From Octopus vulgaris (taxonomy: Eukaryota), in assembly GCA_951406725.2 (NCBI GenBank), contig OX597814.1, positions 86,614,001 to 86,678,000 of the forward strand: 64,000 nucleotides of DNA, read 5' to 3'. Shown one piece after another: positions 61,766-64,000 of this stretch. Under the pieces are notes generated by a model. It saw only the letters and a program-made list of their open reading frames with translations, did no database searches and was not told the DNA's origin. The translations under genes were made by a program, and so were the position numbers. Position 1 is the stretch's first letter. Each line of letters starts with the position of its first letter.

Positions 61766-62649
61766 TCTGAACAGCCAGAATCTAGGACACCACTGACAGT
61801 CACAAAGATCCTCTGTATTCCCATCCAACTCGCATTAATGTTTGTTTTTAGTTATAATAAAAACCATTTTACATTACTCTGATGGGTTACTCTATACTTT
61901 TGTAGAGTACAAATTTATTATGTGTGTGTGTGTGTGTAAAATTTCTAAGTGGTGGAAGGCTGAAATTTTGGACTTTTGGAGACTTGTAAACATTCCTGGA
62001 TACAAATTTTGACACCTGAATCCATGACATGTTTTGGAAAATACGGACGTATGGCAACCCTATTTTAAATTAGAATTTATGCAAGTACCCCATTAATTCG
62101 AAGCATGACTTAAGTATTAGATATATCCTACTGTTTCTACAGTATCTTTCACACAGTTATTGTAAGAGAAACGATGCAATTGGTTTTCAACCAGATAAAA
62201 TAACTACGCTTTCAGGTAGACTAATTTTCGTAGAAGTGTAACGCTCCGAAATTTATTGTTGGAACTTGTTTTTCGATAACAGTTTTATTGTGATGGAACA
62301 ACGAACAATTTTTTGTGTGTGTGTGTAAATATAGCGAATGATTCTCTGCTTAGGTGAGAACATACTGCGCATTTCAAGATACTGTTATGTAGCACACGGG
62401 GTTAAGTGTCGCAGTTTGGACAGTCTTAGTATGTTCGCAAATTCTAATGTAGACCACAGCGGAGTCGGGTTAGCTTTGGTTAGTTAAAAGACGGCATCGG
62501 AGGAGCCTGCATAGTCATATGACCTATGTGTGTGTGTTTACTTGTTGAGTCTGGAGGAAGCGACAGAGCCCATGGCTTTTGCAGACTCGATGAGACTGTT
62601 CCATTATTTAAGCTGATGCTTAAGACGTGAGTGGAGAGATTTCGGAGAG

Positions 62650-63500
62650 CCAATGTTTCCGGGGTTTAGCGGTTAGTACGAAGAAAAGAAATTGGATGCA
62701 CCAGAGTGCCGCATCAGTGGTAAAACGAGTGGGTTAGAGTTGCCTGGGTGGTGGAGATACGAGACCAACCATCTCCGAAGGGCGAAGGTTGTTATAGTAG
62801 CGGTAGAAAAGACCGAGAATAGAGGCTGGGGTAAGTCTGTTAGTAATTGAGTTCCAGTCAGTCGAGTGACACTTTTCTGAATACATACCACCGCCTCAGA
62901 TGTGGGAGAACTTCAGAGTAGGTTTTGTAGTTTCAGCAGCTGTCGTTTGTTGAAATATCTTCTTGTCAAAAGAGATGAGCTAGCCTTTGAGATGCATTTC
63001 CTAGCTATGTTAAGGGCGTGCTTTTGCCAAGAGAGATTCGCAGTGATAGCGGAGTCCAGCATTTGGTGTGGCTGGGGGCTCTAACTGAGTGCCGTTCAGT
63101 TTTTGGAAGTGGTGTTTTGTGATGGTGTTTTCTTGATACGGTTAGGCTGCTCTCAAAACTTCCGTTTATGGAATCTATGCAGGTTTGGCGTGTGATGTTT
63201 AGATAGCTGGAGGATGATACGTGGTTCGGGAAGATAGGAGCAGAATGAAGGTTTTCGTAACAGTGAGCGTTGTTAGAAGCGGTGCAAGTAGATCACTGAT
63301 ACATGGGAGGCATCCAAATTCTCTTAAAATTGGATGAATATGCTAGATAAAGGTATGATATTGGATGTAATAGGTAGCTTGTGGTTATCTACTTCGTTCA
63401 GCTGATGGTGATACCACTGTCATGTATGACACCAGAGAAATAATTAGAAAAATTGATATCTGATCAACATGGAAGTTCGTCGAGGTTATTTCGTCTACTA
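62650..63500 (-). mobile_element. Degenerate LINE RT C-terminal remnant
   Basis: LSWQKHALNIARK.SQRLAHL...RRYF...QLL...SHI.GG...FSVFYRYY-like peptide across frameshifts. Confidence 0.7.
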
Positions 63501-64000
63501 GAAAATGTTTAAAACATTTTTTGCGATTCTTTTTGTTTCACTAGCTCTCTTTCTCTGTCTTTCTCATTTTTTTCTCCTATTGCAGTCTAGGCGCCTTTAA
63601 TCTTTGTATCATGTATTGAATTATTTTCGGGCGGAAATTTGTATGGGAGATCTTTAACAAACGTTAAAGGCATACCACAGTAACGACGACTGTCGCTATT
63701 GACAACAGTAACTTGAATGAAAGAATGCGTCACAACTTGTTAAAGTTTTGAAAGGGAGAGAGAAAGAAAAGGGAAAAGACACATATAGAGAAAGCTTCGA
63801 ATAGCTTCTTCCCACATTCTTCCTTTCCGCATATGAGTAAGCTAATGGAATAGAGCGAATCAACAAAAGAAACTTTTACACGTTGCTCGACCTGCTAGAA
63901 ATAGCAGTCAAATTTAACAGATAATGCCACGACGTTTCTCAGAATGTACACATTGAATAATGTAATCTTGGATATGCAGAAATACAGGGTGGGGGGTCAA

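Noticed and set aside
59860-63600. Candidate acceptors (TTTCAG at ~59870, TTGCAG at ~63584) for MNT exon 5
   Set aside because: Following sequence does not encode a leucine zipper

Overview
AT-rich, repeat-dense eukaryotic genomic DNA, most likely an octopus (inferred from the dominant bipartite tRNA-like SINE and (GAT)n-tailed retroposon families). One protein-coding gene is recognisable: a + strand MNT (Max-binding repressor) orthologue. Four coding exons (28862-28928, 33003-33195, 40639-40680, 55818-55929) splice in frame with GT-AG sites and encode the Sin3-interaction domain, a poly-Pro tract and the bHLH; the zipper and C-terminal exons lie beyond the window. Its promoter is CpG-rich with clustered CACGTG E-boxes. 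The window also holds a CpG-decayed 5.8S-ITS2-28S rDNA pseudogene with an internal deletion and a micro-inversion, degenerate LINEs (RTE, CR1-like), Penelope-like element (PLE) remnants, Tc1/mariner relics, MITEs, a solo LTR and many SINEs. The most notable signal is a set of small non-coding inserts in or beside (TA)n microsatellites that carry type I hammerhead ribozyme motifs. Several are folded back into near-perfect palindromes (13805-14423, 59423-59550, 18070-18345), and one lies sense-oriented in an MNT intron. Nearly all ORFs in the supplied track are spurious or repeat-derived. Repeat coordinates were read by eye and are approximate unless termini are quoted.
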